Of a DNA stretch of 64,000 nucleotides, positions 53,546 through 64,000 are shown one piece after another; position 1 is the first letter of the stretch, and every line of letters begins with the position of its first letter. Source of the stretch: Rhina ancylostomus (lineage: Eukaryota). A model generated the notes under the pieces. That model was given only the letters and a program-made list of their open reading frames with translations. It was not told where the DNA came from and did no database searches. Location of the stretch: positions 19,461,595 to 19,525,594 of the forward strand of contig JARFYF010000056.1 of assembly GCA_030265395.1 (NCBI GenBank). Direction: 5' to 3'. The position numbers and the translations under genes were made by a program.

Positions 53546-54609
53546 AAGTGTATGAGTGTAGATACAGTATGGGGTAATAAAACAGGGCTGGAAGTAATGA
53601 AGTAGATGGGGATGGAATCCTTGTAAAGTACTGATTTTAAAAGTGAGCTAGCTGGTTGATAAGGTGATCAAAAAGAGAAAGTGTCCTTGGATTAATCACA
53701 AGAGGTAACAATGGAAGGGGAAGGAAAGGCCAATGTAGTTGCACATGTGATTGGAAATCTGATTTAGAATTTGGTGGCAATTTCTGTTGTCTTGCCTGGG
53801 GTAGGATCTACTGGCCTCAGGAAAAAGTTCAGTCATGATTCACAAGTTGATGCAGGACTGAATTTTGATGAGAGGCCTCATACCTCAGGAGATGAGGTTG
53901 GTTTGACAAAGTGTGATGATCTAACTGGACACTGATAGGGTATGGTGGCTGTGGATCAAAGGTTAGATATCCTTTTTTATTGTGTGTCCAAAACAGGAGA
54001 TCAGGATCTTAGAGTTCCAACTAATTTGCTTAAGCATCTTCATACAATGTACTGTGAGGTGGAGGAACATTGTAGCAGGAGCTTGGGTTAAAAGTCAAAC
54101 AGGGTTTTTCAAAGAGAGCTGCCAGGTAAGTGTATGGAGAAAAGTGGGATTTGGGAGATGGGTGGAATATCTGGCTATGGCCTTGCATTTTGGATTATGT
54201 GGAGTTGCTGGCCAAGGGCATCAGAATGGCAAATAGTAGATGAGCTGAGCAAACGCCTGATCCATTTAGGTGGTAGTTGATTGTGGTATCCATAAAATTC
54301 TGAATACCGATGTGTACAGACCCATATCCATGCGTTTATTTCTTAAATGAACTTCTCATTTTCGCTTGGAGGGAGGGAGGGAGGGTGGTCTCCATGAACC
54401 AATGAAAGTTTAATGAATTTGTACCAAATATGTTTAATTAGCTTGCAAGGGTGACAAGCTAATTGAATAATGACATTTAGATTGTCTCTGGGTTACTGTG
54501 CTGTACATAGTTAGATATGGGGGTTAGTAGGTCAATAGGCATGAGGTTAATGCATTCATGTACAATAAGTGTTTTCAGTTTTCTTGCAGGATGTTAAATC
54601 ATTTTCTGA

Positions 54610-54846
<237 letters not shown>

Positions 54847-55101
54847 TGAGTAGGAGTTAAGTAATTTAAAACCTTTAATAGAAACCTCGCTCAATGAGTA
54901 CCATTCAGTTGGTCTTGGGATATTCACTTCTAGATCACTTCCCCTTGGAGGAGAGCTGAGGTCTGCCCTTAAAAAGGCAGAAAAAGATAAATTCTGTAAC
55001 AGTGAAAAGTGTCCCCAGGGCTTCCTGAGCATCTCTCAGTAGAAAAAGTAAATAATTCAGGGCTGTCCATTAAAAACCAGGGTGCTGGGTGTCATGAGAG
55101 C

Positions 55102-55105
<4 letters not shown>

Positions 55106-55137
<32 letters not shown>
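55106..55137 (+). repeat. (GA)n microsatellite
   Basis: Perfect GA run of 16 units. Confidence 0.95.
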
Positions 55138-55140
<3 letters not shown>

Positions 55141-55539
55141 GATAGCTCCATGCCTTCTTTTAGTTGCTGATGATAAACTGTATATTTCCAGAATATTCCA
55201 TTCGTATTTCACAGTAGCTTGTAGTGTGGATTTCTGTCTGACATTCTGGAAGGGTAGAATTAATACTTACAAAGATTCTTCTCCATAGGGCCGCAGGTTG
55301 TGGGTAGAGATGCTCAAAATCATTAAGATTTCTTTAAAAGTGGCAGAATGCAAAGTAATGAGAGTAGGGATGAGAGTTATTTTGTGCAGTGGGTTGTTAT
55401 AATCTGGTGTGCACTTCTTGAATGAATGACAGAAGTAGTTTCAATAATATCTTTTAGAAGTGAATTGGATTAATACTTAAGATACATTGGGACAAAGAGC
55501 AAGGAAAGGGATGAATTGAATGTATGTTCGAAAGAGAAA

Positions 55540-56250
55540 TGAGAACAAGAATAGGCCATCTAGATCATTACAGCTTAATCTGCCATTCATCAGGCATGGC
55601 TGATTTTTCATCATTTTCTTGAATGTCCCCATATCCCAGAAATCTGTCAGTCTGTTTTGAATGAACAAGTGGTTGAGCTGGCACCGCCGTCTGGGTAGAG
55701 AATTCCAAAGCTTTACCACCCTCTGAATTAGGAAATTTCTCCTTATTTCAGTATTAAGTGGCCTACCTTGTTTTCAAACTGCATGTGCTGATCCCAGACT
55801 CCACAGACAGGGGAAACATCCTCCCTCCATCTGACCTGGAAAGCCCTTTAAGAATTATATAAATTTCATTGAGATCGTTAATTTTTCTGAACTCCAAAGA
55901 ATGCATTTCCAGTCTGCTCACTCTCTTCAAACGGCAAACCTGAAACCAGCTGAGTGAATCTTTGCTGAACTCCCTCTATGGCAAGTAGATCCTCCTGAGG
56001 TAAGGAGACCAAAACTCCACACAGTACTAGAGGTGTGGTCTCACTAAAGCCGGATTCAATTGCAATAAGACTTCCTCACTCCTATAATTAAATACTTTCC
56101 TACTAAAGGCTTGTTTATGATTTGCTTCCTAATTGCTTGTTAACCGCATGTTGACTTTCAGTAACTTGTATACAAGCAGAACTAGTTTCCTTTGAACATC
56201 AACACTACTCAGTTTCTCATTATTTCACAAATACTTTGCTTTTCTGTTAT
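55540..56250 (-). mobile_element. CR1 LINE 3' region
   Basis: GAGAATTCCAAAGCTTTACCACCCTCTG and GGAGACCAAAACTCCACACAGTACT segments typical of reversed CR1 3' ends. Confidence 0.7.
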
Positions 56251-56288
56251 GTGCACCATCAGGGATCCATGGCCAAACTCATTTATAG

Positions 56289-56525
<237 letters not shown>

Positions 56526-57402
56526 TAAATATTTGGAAATGAAGTTGTACCCTGGGGATCAAGTTAAAGGAACGTGGCCTCTTGGCTTTGGAGCCTATAC
56601 TTTATATCAGAAAGTATCATCTTCCAGCACTGGTCTCATCAGTTCACAGGATATCTGTAAGGATGCAAACCCATTCCCTAACTCGGATATGTAACTTTAA
56701 TGTGGTTTGTTGTGTAGATTCTAGTTAAGATATTGTGTGACTGCTGTGGGGAGCCCAGTTCTGTTGGCTGTGCCTATGGGAGCAGGTTCCCAGTGCTAGG
56801 CTTTGGCTGGTGGTGGGTGAGCTCACAGTTCCAGGCATGGCAGTGGGGATACAGTTTCCAGTCTTGGCTGTGTGCTGGATCCTAGTGCTGGGCAATGCCT
56901 GATTTCTGATGCCAGTCCTGGCTGGGAGTGGGAACATTTCCTGTTGCTGGGCATGTCTGGGAGACCAGTTCCACTGCTTACTGTGGTCACTTGCTTCCTG
57001 GTGGCAGAAGCTGGTTGCCCAGTACTGGTCTGGCTGCTGTCAGGTCAGCTCTGTTTGCCATGTTTGGCTTGGTGAAGCCAATTCCCAGTTGGTGGGCATG
57101 GCTATATACCAGTTCTTAGTGCTGGACACACCTGGGGAGGTCATCCCACACGTCAGACCACCCTTGGTGAGATTCCACCTCTGATAGAACCACATCACAG
57201 TGTGTGGTCTTATACTTCCAAAGGTTATGTGAAGTGTCTGCTGCAGCAAGGTGTGTAGGTGATACTGCAGAGACAATTGTTGTTTGATAAAATACTGAAA
57301 GCCTCTGTGTCTGAAGGTCTTATGTGTATCTGAGCATCCCCAGTTTTGGTGTGGGAGGTGCACTGCTCTTTACCCCATTGTGCTGGTGCTCTTTCTTTGC
57401 AG

Positions 57403-57602
57403 GGATGCAGCAGGTGGCAGCAGTGTCTTCAGCTAGTGAGCCAACCACTTTCCCAGAAGCTCCCCCTGAAGTCTCTCCAACTCCCATCATCATCTCCACT
57501 CCGGTGCCAACCACCCTGCCCACCCAGGTCACAGCAGCTCCTGCTCAATCTTCCAGTCCAATGATGTCGGTGATCCCACCACCGGCACAGCCTGTTACCA
57601 AG
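57403..57602 (+). CDS. BRD3: BRD3 coding exon 4 (Pro/Ser/Thr-rich linker)
   Basis: (G)MQQVAAVSSASEPTTFP...PPPAQPVTK; QQVAAVSS matches BRD3; CAG acceptor; GTAAAG donor. Confidence 0.93.
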
Positions 57603-58764
57603 GTAAAGGCCTTGCCTTGTTCATTATTCTGTCAGTCATTGTGCTGTGATGGGCTTGAACAGATCCTGTGCCTGGGCAGCCAGATGTAGCATCGGATTTG
57701 TTTATGTGCATTGCAGATTGTTTCTGTAAAGTATGTAGCACTGAACTAAGTAGAACAGTAGATCTCTGTATTAGCACCCAGTCTGTGGGATTCGGTGATG
57801 GATATGATCCTGTGTGAAGTACTTGGCTCTCTAGGTCAAATCCATGATCTCCAGCCTTACAGTCCTGGCTTTCTTTGGTAGTGCCGAACTGAGGGATCGT
57901 TGGACTGTGGAAGGGTAGTAGTGATTGTTGTATTTAACAGAACTTTTTATTCAGTGGTTAGGTGTAGAGTGACCTACAGCCAAACTAACTCATGCTGTAC
58001 CTTTGCTGGGACTAAGCAGTGGAACACTGTAGAGGAAGCTTTACTTCAAATTTAATCTGCTTTCCCTGATGCATAAATGTTGGATACAACAGTTCTCTTC
58101 TGCGCTGTATTTGTCTCGGGAATTTTTAATAGTTCCTTCAAGGATACAATACTGCATTTACTAAATTGGCAAGTACAGGCCACGTCCCTCGCCCCCCACC
58201 CCCCCCCACCACCAACCAACCCACCTCACGGTGTTACCATTGTTTGGCTGACAGAAATTTACCCTTGTAGAATTCACAAATCTCTATCCAAAAATTTGAG
58301 ATACNNNNNNNNNNNNNNNNNNNNNNNNNNNNNNNNNNNNNNNNNNNNNNNNNNNNNNNNNNNNNNNNNNNNNNNNNNNNNNNNNNNNNNNNNNNNNNNN
58401 NNNNACAAATCTCTATCCAAAAATTTGAGATACGGAAAAAAATTCACTCCCACAGAATATATGTGTGTGGGGGGTGGAATGCAACTAAATAAACACAAAA
58501 TTTTATATTTTTCCAGTTTGCGTTTCTTGCCGCATGCGCAGATGTTTTGGCCTCATGTTATGGAGGGCTGTGATATAGAGCCTGTTTTAGAAATGTAACC
58601 TCCCATAACCCAGGGTTCTTGCTGCAGGGTCCAGAATAAAATTATCAGGAGTTGCTGCTTAGTGGTTAAATTGGATTGGAAGATGTAGATGATTGTGGCT
58701 TTGGGTGGCAGTTCGGTTGTTAATGGATCATGTTTTTGACAACAAAAGCCTTTTCTTGTTTCAG

Positions 58765-59136
58765 AAAAAGGGTGTGAAACGGAAAGCGGACACCACGACT
58801 CCCAGTACTTGCGCCATCACCACAAGCAGTTCTGAATCTCCTCCCCCCTCCTCGACAGAGTCCAAACCTGCCAAATTGATGTCACGGCGCGAGAGCGGGC
58901 GCCCAATTAAACCGCCAAAGAAAGACCTGGAAGAGGTGGAGCTTCAGCAACCCCCTGGCAAGAAAGGGAAACTGACCGAGCACTTGAAGCACTGTGACAG
59001 CATCCTGAGAGAGATGCTGTCTAAGAAACATGCAGCCTATGCCTGGCCCTTCTACAAGCCTGTGGATGCTGAGGCTCTGGAACTGCACGATTATCATGAA
59101 ATCATTAAGCATCCAATGGACCTCAGCAGTGTGAAA
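58765..59136 (+). CDS. BRD3: BRD3 coding exon 5 (motif A and start of BD2)
   Basis: [13 protein letters not shown]...[15 protein letters not shown]...[36 protein letters not shown]; 372 nt; CAG acceptor; GTACGT donor. Confidence 0.97.
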
Positions 59137-59164
59137 GTACGTCAGCATCTCTTTGTCTCCTACT

Positions 59165-59560
59165 GTCAGTGTGGTGAGCATGGCTTATACTCGCTGGAAT
59201 TTAGAATAGGAGGTGATCTTATTGAGACAAGAAGTCCTTAAGCCCTTAACAGGGCAGCTTCCAAGAGGCTTTTTCCTCCAGCTGGAGAGTCTAGAACAAG
59301 GTGTCAATATAAGGGGAGCAACTTAGCAGTGAGATTAGGAGAATTTTCATTCAGGCAGTGTTATAAATTTTTGGAATTCTTTACCTTGGAACTGTGGATG
59401 CTCAGTCGTTGAGTACAATCAAAGGTGATATCAATGGACACTGGAAGGATTAGTGGATCTGGGGATCAGAGTGAGGCACAGAATTAGCCATTATGTTATC
59501 AATCACTGAGCAGGCATGAGGGGCCTCATGGCATACTCCTTGTTTTTCTTATGTTCCTAT
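59165..59560 (+). mobile_element. CR1 LINE 3' end
   Basis: GGAGGTGATCTTATTGAGAC...GAGTCTAGAAC...CTCCTTGTTTTTCTTATGTTC tail. Confidence 0.65.
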
Positions 59561-62500
59561 GACTGCCTGGTCGCTGTCTTTTGAACAGTTTAGGTTCAAA
59601 AGGATGGAGCTCTGGTCTCTATGATTCATATCTCCAGAATTTTGTGTTCAGTGGAGCTTCAAAGTGGGGAGTTAATGGAGAAGAGGAATGGTGGCTGGGT
59701 GTAGAATCTGACCTCATCTGATTCATCTATGTGTTGAGATTCATCTATGTGTTGGATTCAGGTTGGGTCAGCTTTGAAGAAAATTGTAGGTCCATGATCT
59801 CAGATTGAATCGGGTTGCATTACTTTCTGCTGGCTCTTTATAAGTGAATGAGCTTGGGTTTGAAGATTGGCCAAGGCCTTCATTGCTCATTGGAGTGAGT
59901 GTGTACTGTGGTGGCTGGGTCAGGTGGAAAAGTAATTCCAAGTCTTAGGGGTCAGATTGGGTTAAACTGGTCATGGTCAAGACTGGTTTTAATTTGTACC
60001 TGAGCTCAGCTCTGTGTGGGTGGTTGGTATGGAAGGAGAGAATGAAAAACAAGTTCACTGCTGGAGGTTTATACTCACCACCCCCCCCCCCCCCATGTTG
60101 ACTCTCACACCTACACATATTCAACAAGCACCAATTCCTCCCTGTGTGACAAGAAAGACCTTGCAATTACACAGTGCCTTTTAGAGCCTTGAAATGTCCC
60201 AAAACACTTTACCTTTGATTGGTTAAATTTTTTTTTGAAGTTTGGCTGCCATTGCAATGTAGGAAACTCTGCAGCAAATTTGACCATAAGTTGCACAAAC
60301 ATCAATGGAATAAGGTCGTGTGTACAACATGCAGCTTGCTGGCCACATCTACACTGCAGTTTGGGTTCATTTGTCCAGCAATTGGCATCACCTGACTTGC
60401 TCACCCAGTCCCAGGTGTACTGTATTGGTGGTTGCAGGTTTGGGAACACTGCTGGTGGGTACAGATCTCTCATGTATAACACTGGGTTATGATACTGGTA
60501 GTTACTGCTCCATCGCTGTACAAAGCTGACGTACAGTGCTGATGGGTACAGGTCTGGCAGGATGGAAAGGAGCACCAGAGATGTGACGAATGAAGCAGTA
60601 AAGATACAGTGGCTGGAACAGTGACCTGGATGTGGTTGAGCTCAGTGTCAAATGAGACGCCAAGGTTGCAAAGAGTTGAGTTCATCTTAAGACGATGGCA
60701 AGTAGACTGAGGCTTTCAGGAACCAAAGGAATAGAGTTTCTGATAGAGACTAAACGCAATGGCTTTGGTTAGAATATTTAATTGGGGGAAAGTTTCTGTT
60801 CATCCAGTGTCAACATCAGGCAAGTAGTGTGACAAACCAGAGGCATTGGAGGGATCAGGAAGCTCCCAGTTAGGTTACACTAATGCACAAATAACTATAA
60901 TGCGTTGGGTGTGTCAACATGTATTTTGGACCCAAGTCTCTAAGAGTAAACTCTTTGACACTTTTCTGATCATAGTTTATTAGAGTGATGCATACTCTTT
61001 TTGAGGACAGGATCAAGGTGTACCATGTAAACCACTTATAATGTCCATTTAACAGAAGCATGTTTTATTCTTTTAAATGGTGAAGTATGTTTGAGGGAAT
61101 GAATAGCCTACCCCTGCTGTTAATTTTTATGTCTTACTTCTCAGCTAGTTACTTTAGTTTTTCTAGGTATATGTTTGTTTGAACATTTTGCCTTCCAGCC
61201 CACATTATATTGCTTATTTCCATGTTTTACTACAGCAGGTGCACTGCTTGTTAAGATGGAGTGTGAGTAGACACTTGTGTGCAAGTTCTTGCAGTAGAAC
61301 CTCATCTCCTTGCCATTGGACTAAGACCTTGCTCTGTCAAGGCCAAAATGGCAGCTGGTGTGCAACAGCCACCCCACGTTGAAAGAATTTGTACATGGGC
61401 ATCATCTGTTCTTCACTGTGGTGGTAACAAGTCATCTTTGACCCAATGAGGTTGCCCAAGGACAAGACAAGTACTGAGAAGTGCTGTACTGTGCTATCTT
61501 TCAGATGAGAATTTGCCATCAAATCTCTTGGATGACATAAAAGACCCCACAATAACTTTAGAACAAAATCAGGAGACTTCTCCTGTGTGTTTCGCTGATG
61601 TATTTGCCTCTCAACCAATGTTATTGAAATAGATGATCCAGTCATAATGTGCACAATTATATGCCATGATTCATACAGTAAAATAGAGAATACATTTCAA
61701 AATAAGAAGTATTTCTGTAGCTGTGAAATGCCTTTGAACATGCTGAGGATTTGAAACATTCCAGTTGAGCAGGTAGACAAGGCCTAATATTCAAGCAACA
61801 CCATTCTGGACAATGTAGAAGACCTTCCATGTTCGCCCACCTTGCACTGCATTGTTCTAGGGATGTTTCCTCAGTGTGTCCCCTCCAATGATGCAATGCT
61901 CTGTTGGTGCATGGCTCCATCAGTGTGGCCCCTACAATGCAGCATTTCCTTGGTTGTCCTCCTTCCTTCATGTAATGCAGCACAGCACTCCTGTTTTATC
62001 ATTTGCTCAACTCTCTGGGATGAGACAAAGTCACAGCCTTCCAACTCAAAAAAGATTGTGCAGCAAAGAACCACAGTGGCATACAATTACAAATGCTGTT
62101 CCACATTCTGCCATTGTTACGAGTTTCCTTTACTGAACTTCAGCTTCCGCACAACAATGTAATTTCCCACTTACTAGGCATTGGCAGAAGTTATCTGTTA
62201 GAATGGTTCCACTTTATAAATAACTAAATTGATTACTGTGTGCTGTGGAGATGTTAAAATAGTACATATTGAAAAGAATGCTTCCTGTACAACTTTTGCA
62301 ATGGCCCAGTGACTCAACATGCGATTATGTGGTGTGGAATGGTAATCAGTGCCCAGGATGCTAACAACTTGAACCTGGGGATTCCTTATGTACACCACCT
62401 CTCCAGACATGCCTTAAACTGAGTCAGTGAAGCTGGGACATTCTCAGCAGTCAGTAGGATGCTATGTATTTCACTGTGGTGGAGTAAAACCAAGCTGAGT

Positions 62501-63846
62501 GAGTACACAGTAGGGCAAGGGTGTCTAATCTTAAAATTAGACCAAAGCCATTCAGGGATGCTGTTACAAAACACTATTTGTGGTAGGGCAATGAATCCAA
62601 GGATCTTTCCCCCCTCACACCCCAAAAAAATCACTTGAGTCTGTTTTCAAAATGGTGTTATCAACAACTTGCTTTGATATAATACCTGTAATCTAGTAGG
62701 AAACCCCAAGCCGCTTCACAGGAACAGAATCAAACAAAACTTGATACCTGGTCACATAGAGAGGTTTTGAGTAGTGTCTTAAGGAGGAAGAAGAGGACAA
62801 AAGAAGGAGGGAGGAAAATCCCAAGTGTAAGGCTCCAACAACTAAGGCACTTGTAGTGGAAGATGTCAGGAGAAGCAGGTGTATAGGAGATTGTAGAGCT
62901 GGAGGGGCAGGCTAGAGTGAGGTCATGGAAGAATTTGAGTAAAAAACTATTCAAATGAAAGTGATGCTTATCAGTGTAGAGGAAATCAGTGTACAAGGAA
63001 ATGAATAACGGGACTTTAGATCAGCTGAAGTACCTACAGGTTAAAAAGGAGAGCTGCCTTACAAGACCATTAGCATACAAGGAATGGATAGGGCTTCAGC
63101 ACTGGGTAAACTGGGGCTAAAGAGGGTGATGTACATGGTTTGGTCTTAGTGATGGCACAGGTGCATGGTTGGAAACTCATCCCAGGCTGAACCAGGACAA
63201 TACAGTTTGGCTTAACCACAAATATGACAGGGTGGAGGCTGGAATTGGTGGCTCAGGAATGGCTTGTTGTAGGGACTAAAGACTGTGAGTGATAGGTTTT
63301 TGTTAACTAAGGTCAATGAGGAATATGGAATTTGGGTAGATAAATGTAATTGAGATAGAGGTCAGCCATGTTCTGATTGAATGGCATTAGAGGCTCAAGT
63401 GAATGAATGACCAACTTCTTGTATTTTGAACCTTGATTTACCAGTTGATGAACATTGATATGTATTTTCATTATTTTCTGGAGTTTTTTTTCCCATCTTC
63501 ACAGAAATTATTTTCCTTTCTGATTTGTTTTGTGACCGTCTTAAGTTGCTGTTGTAACCTGAGTAAATAATTTATGCATTGGACTGAAGAACCAGTTGGA
63601 TAATTTGCAGTTTTGCGCAGTTTATTCTGGGTTTGAGGAGGGATGGCAGAATCCTGAAGAATATGGCATGTCTGCACTCCCAAAATCCCTCAATCCTGAT
63701 CCTTGCAAGGAAGGGAAGCCGAGGCACCTTTTTATTTCAGTTGGAAGTTGTTTGGTTCAAGTTCTATGTCAGATGTTCTATTACAATCAAGTGCCCTTTT
63801 TGGAATGTTGATGGGCGTCACTATTTTATTGTACTTCCTTTTGCAG

Positions 63847-63975
63847 AAAAAGATGGACAGCAGGGATTACACAGACGCCCAGGGATTTGCTGCTGATATC
63901 CGGTTAATGTTTTCCAACTGTTACAAATACAACCCTCCAGATCATGAAGTGGTGGCGATGGCCAGGAAATTGCAG
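63847..63975 (+). CDS. BRD3: BRD3 coding exon 6 (BD2); the gene continues past the window
   Basis: [43 protein letters not shown]; 129 nt; CAG acceptor; GTATGG donor. Confidence 0.97.
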
Positions 63976-64000
63976 GTATGGTGATATCAGTGCCGCAGCC

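Noticed and set aside
58275-58433. Identical 29-nt sequence on both sides of an N-gap
   Set aside because: Typical unmerged contig overlap, so an assembly artefact rather than a real direct repeat.

Overview
Vertebrate genomic DNA with many N-gaps. The repeat content (V-SINE/HE1-like SINEs, CR1 LINEs, Penelope-like termini) points to a cartilaginous fish, probably a ray or shark; this is an inference. Two clear genes sit head-to-head. WDR5 is on the minus strand with all 13 coding exons (CDS 31498->6405, 333 aa). BRD3 is on the plus strand with its first six coding exons (52783->63975, BD1 and most of BD2), and it continues beyond the window. Each gene has its own CpG-rich promoter (about 37.5-37.7 kb and 44.3-45.4 kb). 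At the left end is the first coding exon of a minus-strand MFS/spinster-like transporter (2447->2230). Less obvious signals: (1) colinear, partly phase-compatible, decayed exons at 39.2-42.8 kb (minus) that resemble TEX45/SAXO5, suggesting an unannotated pseudogene between WDR5 and BRD3; (2) Penelope-like termini carrying minimal hammerhead-ribozyme cores, one forming a long inverted repeat; (3) a GC-AG intron in WDR5; (4) a strong-Kozak uORF overlapping an in-frame upstream ATG of BRD3; (5) tandem alternative donors in BRD3. All protein comparisons are from recalled sequences, not database searches. Repeat boundaries are approximate.
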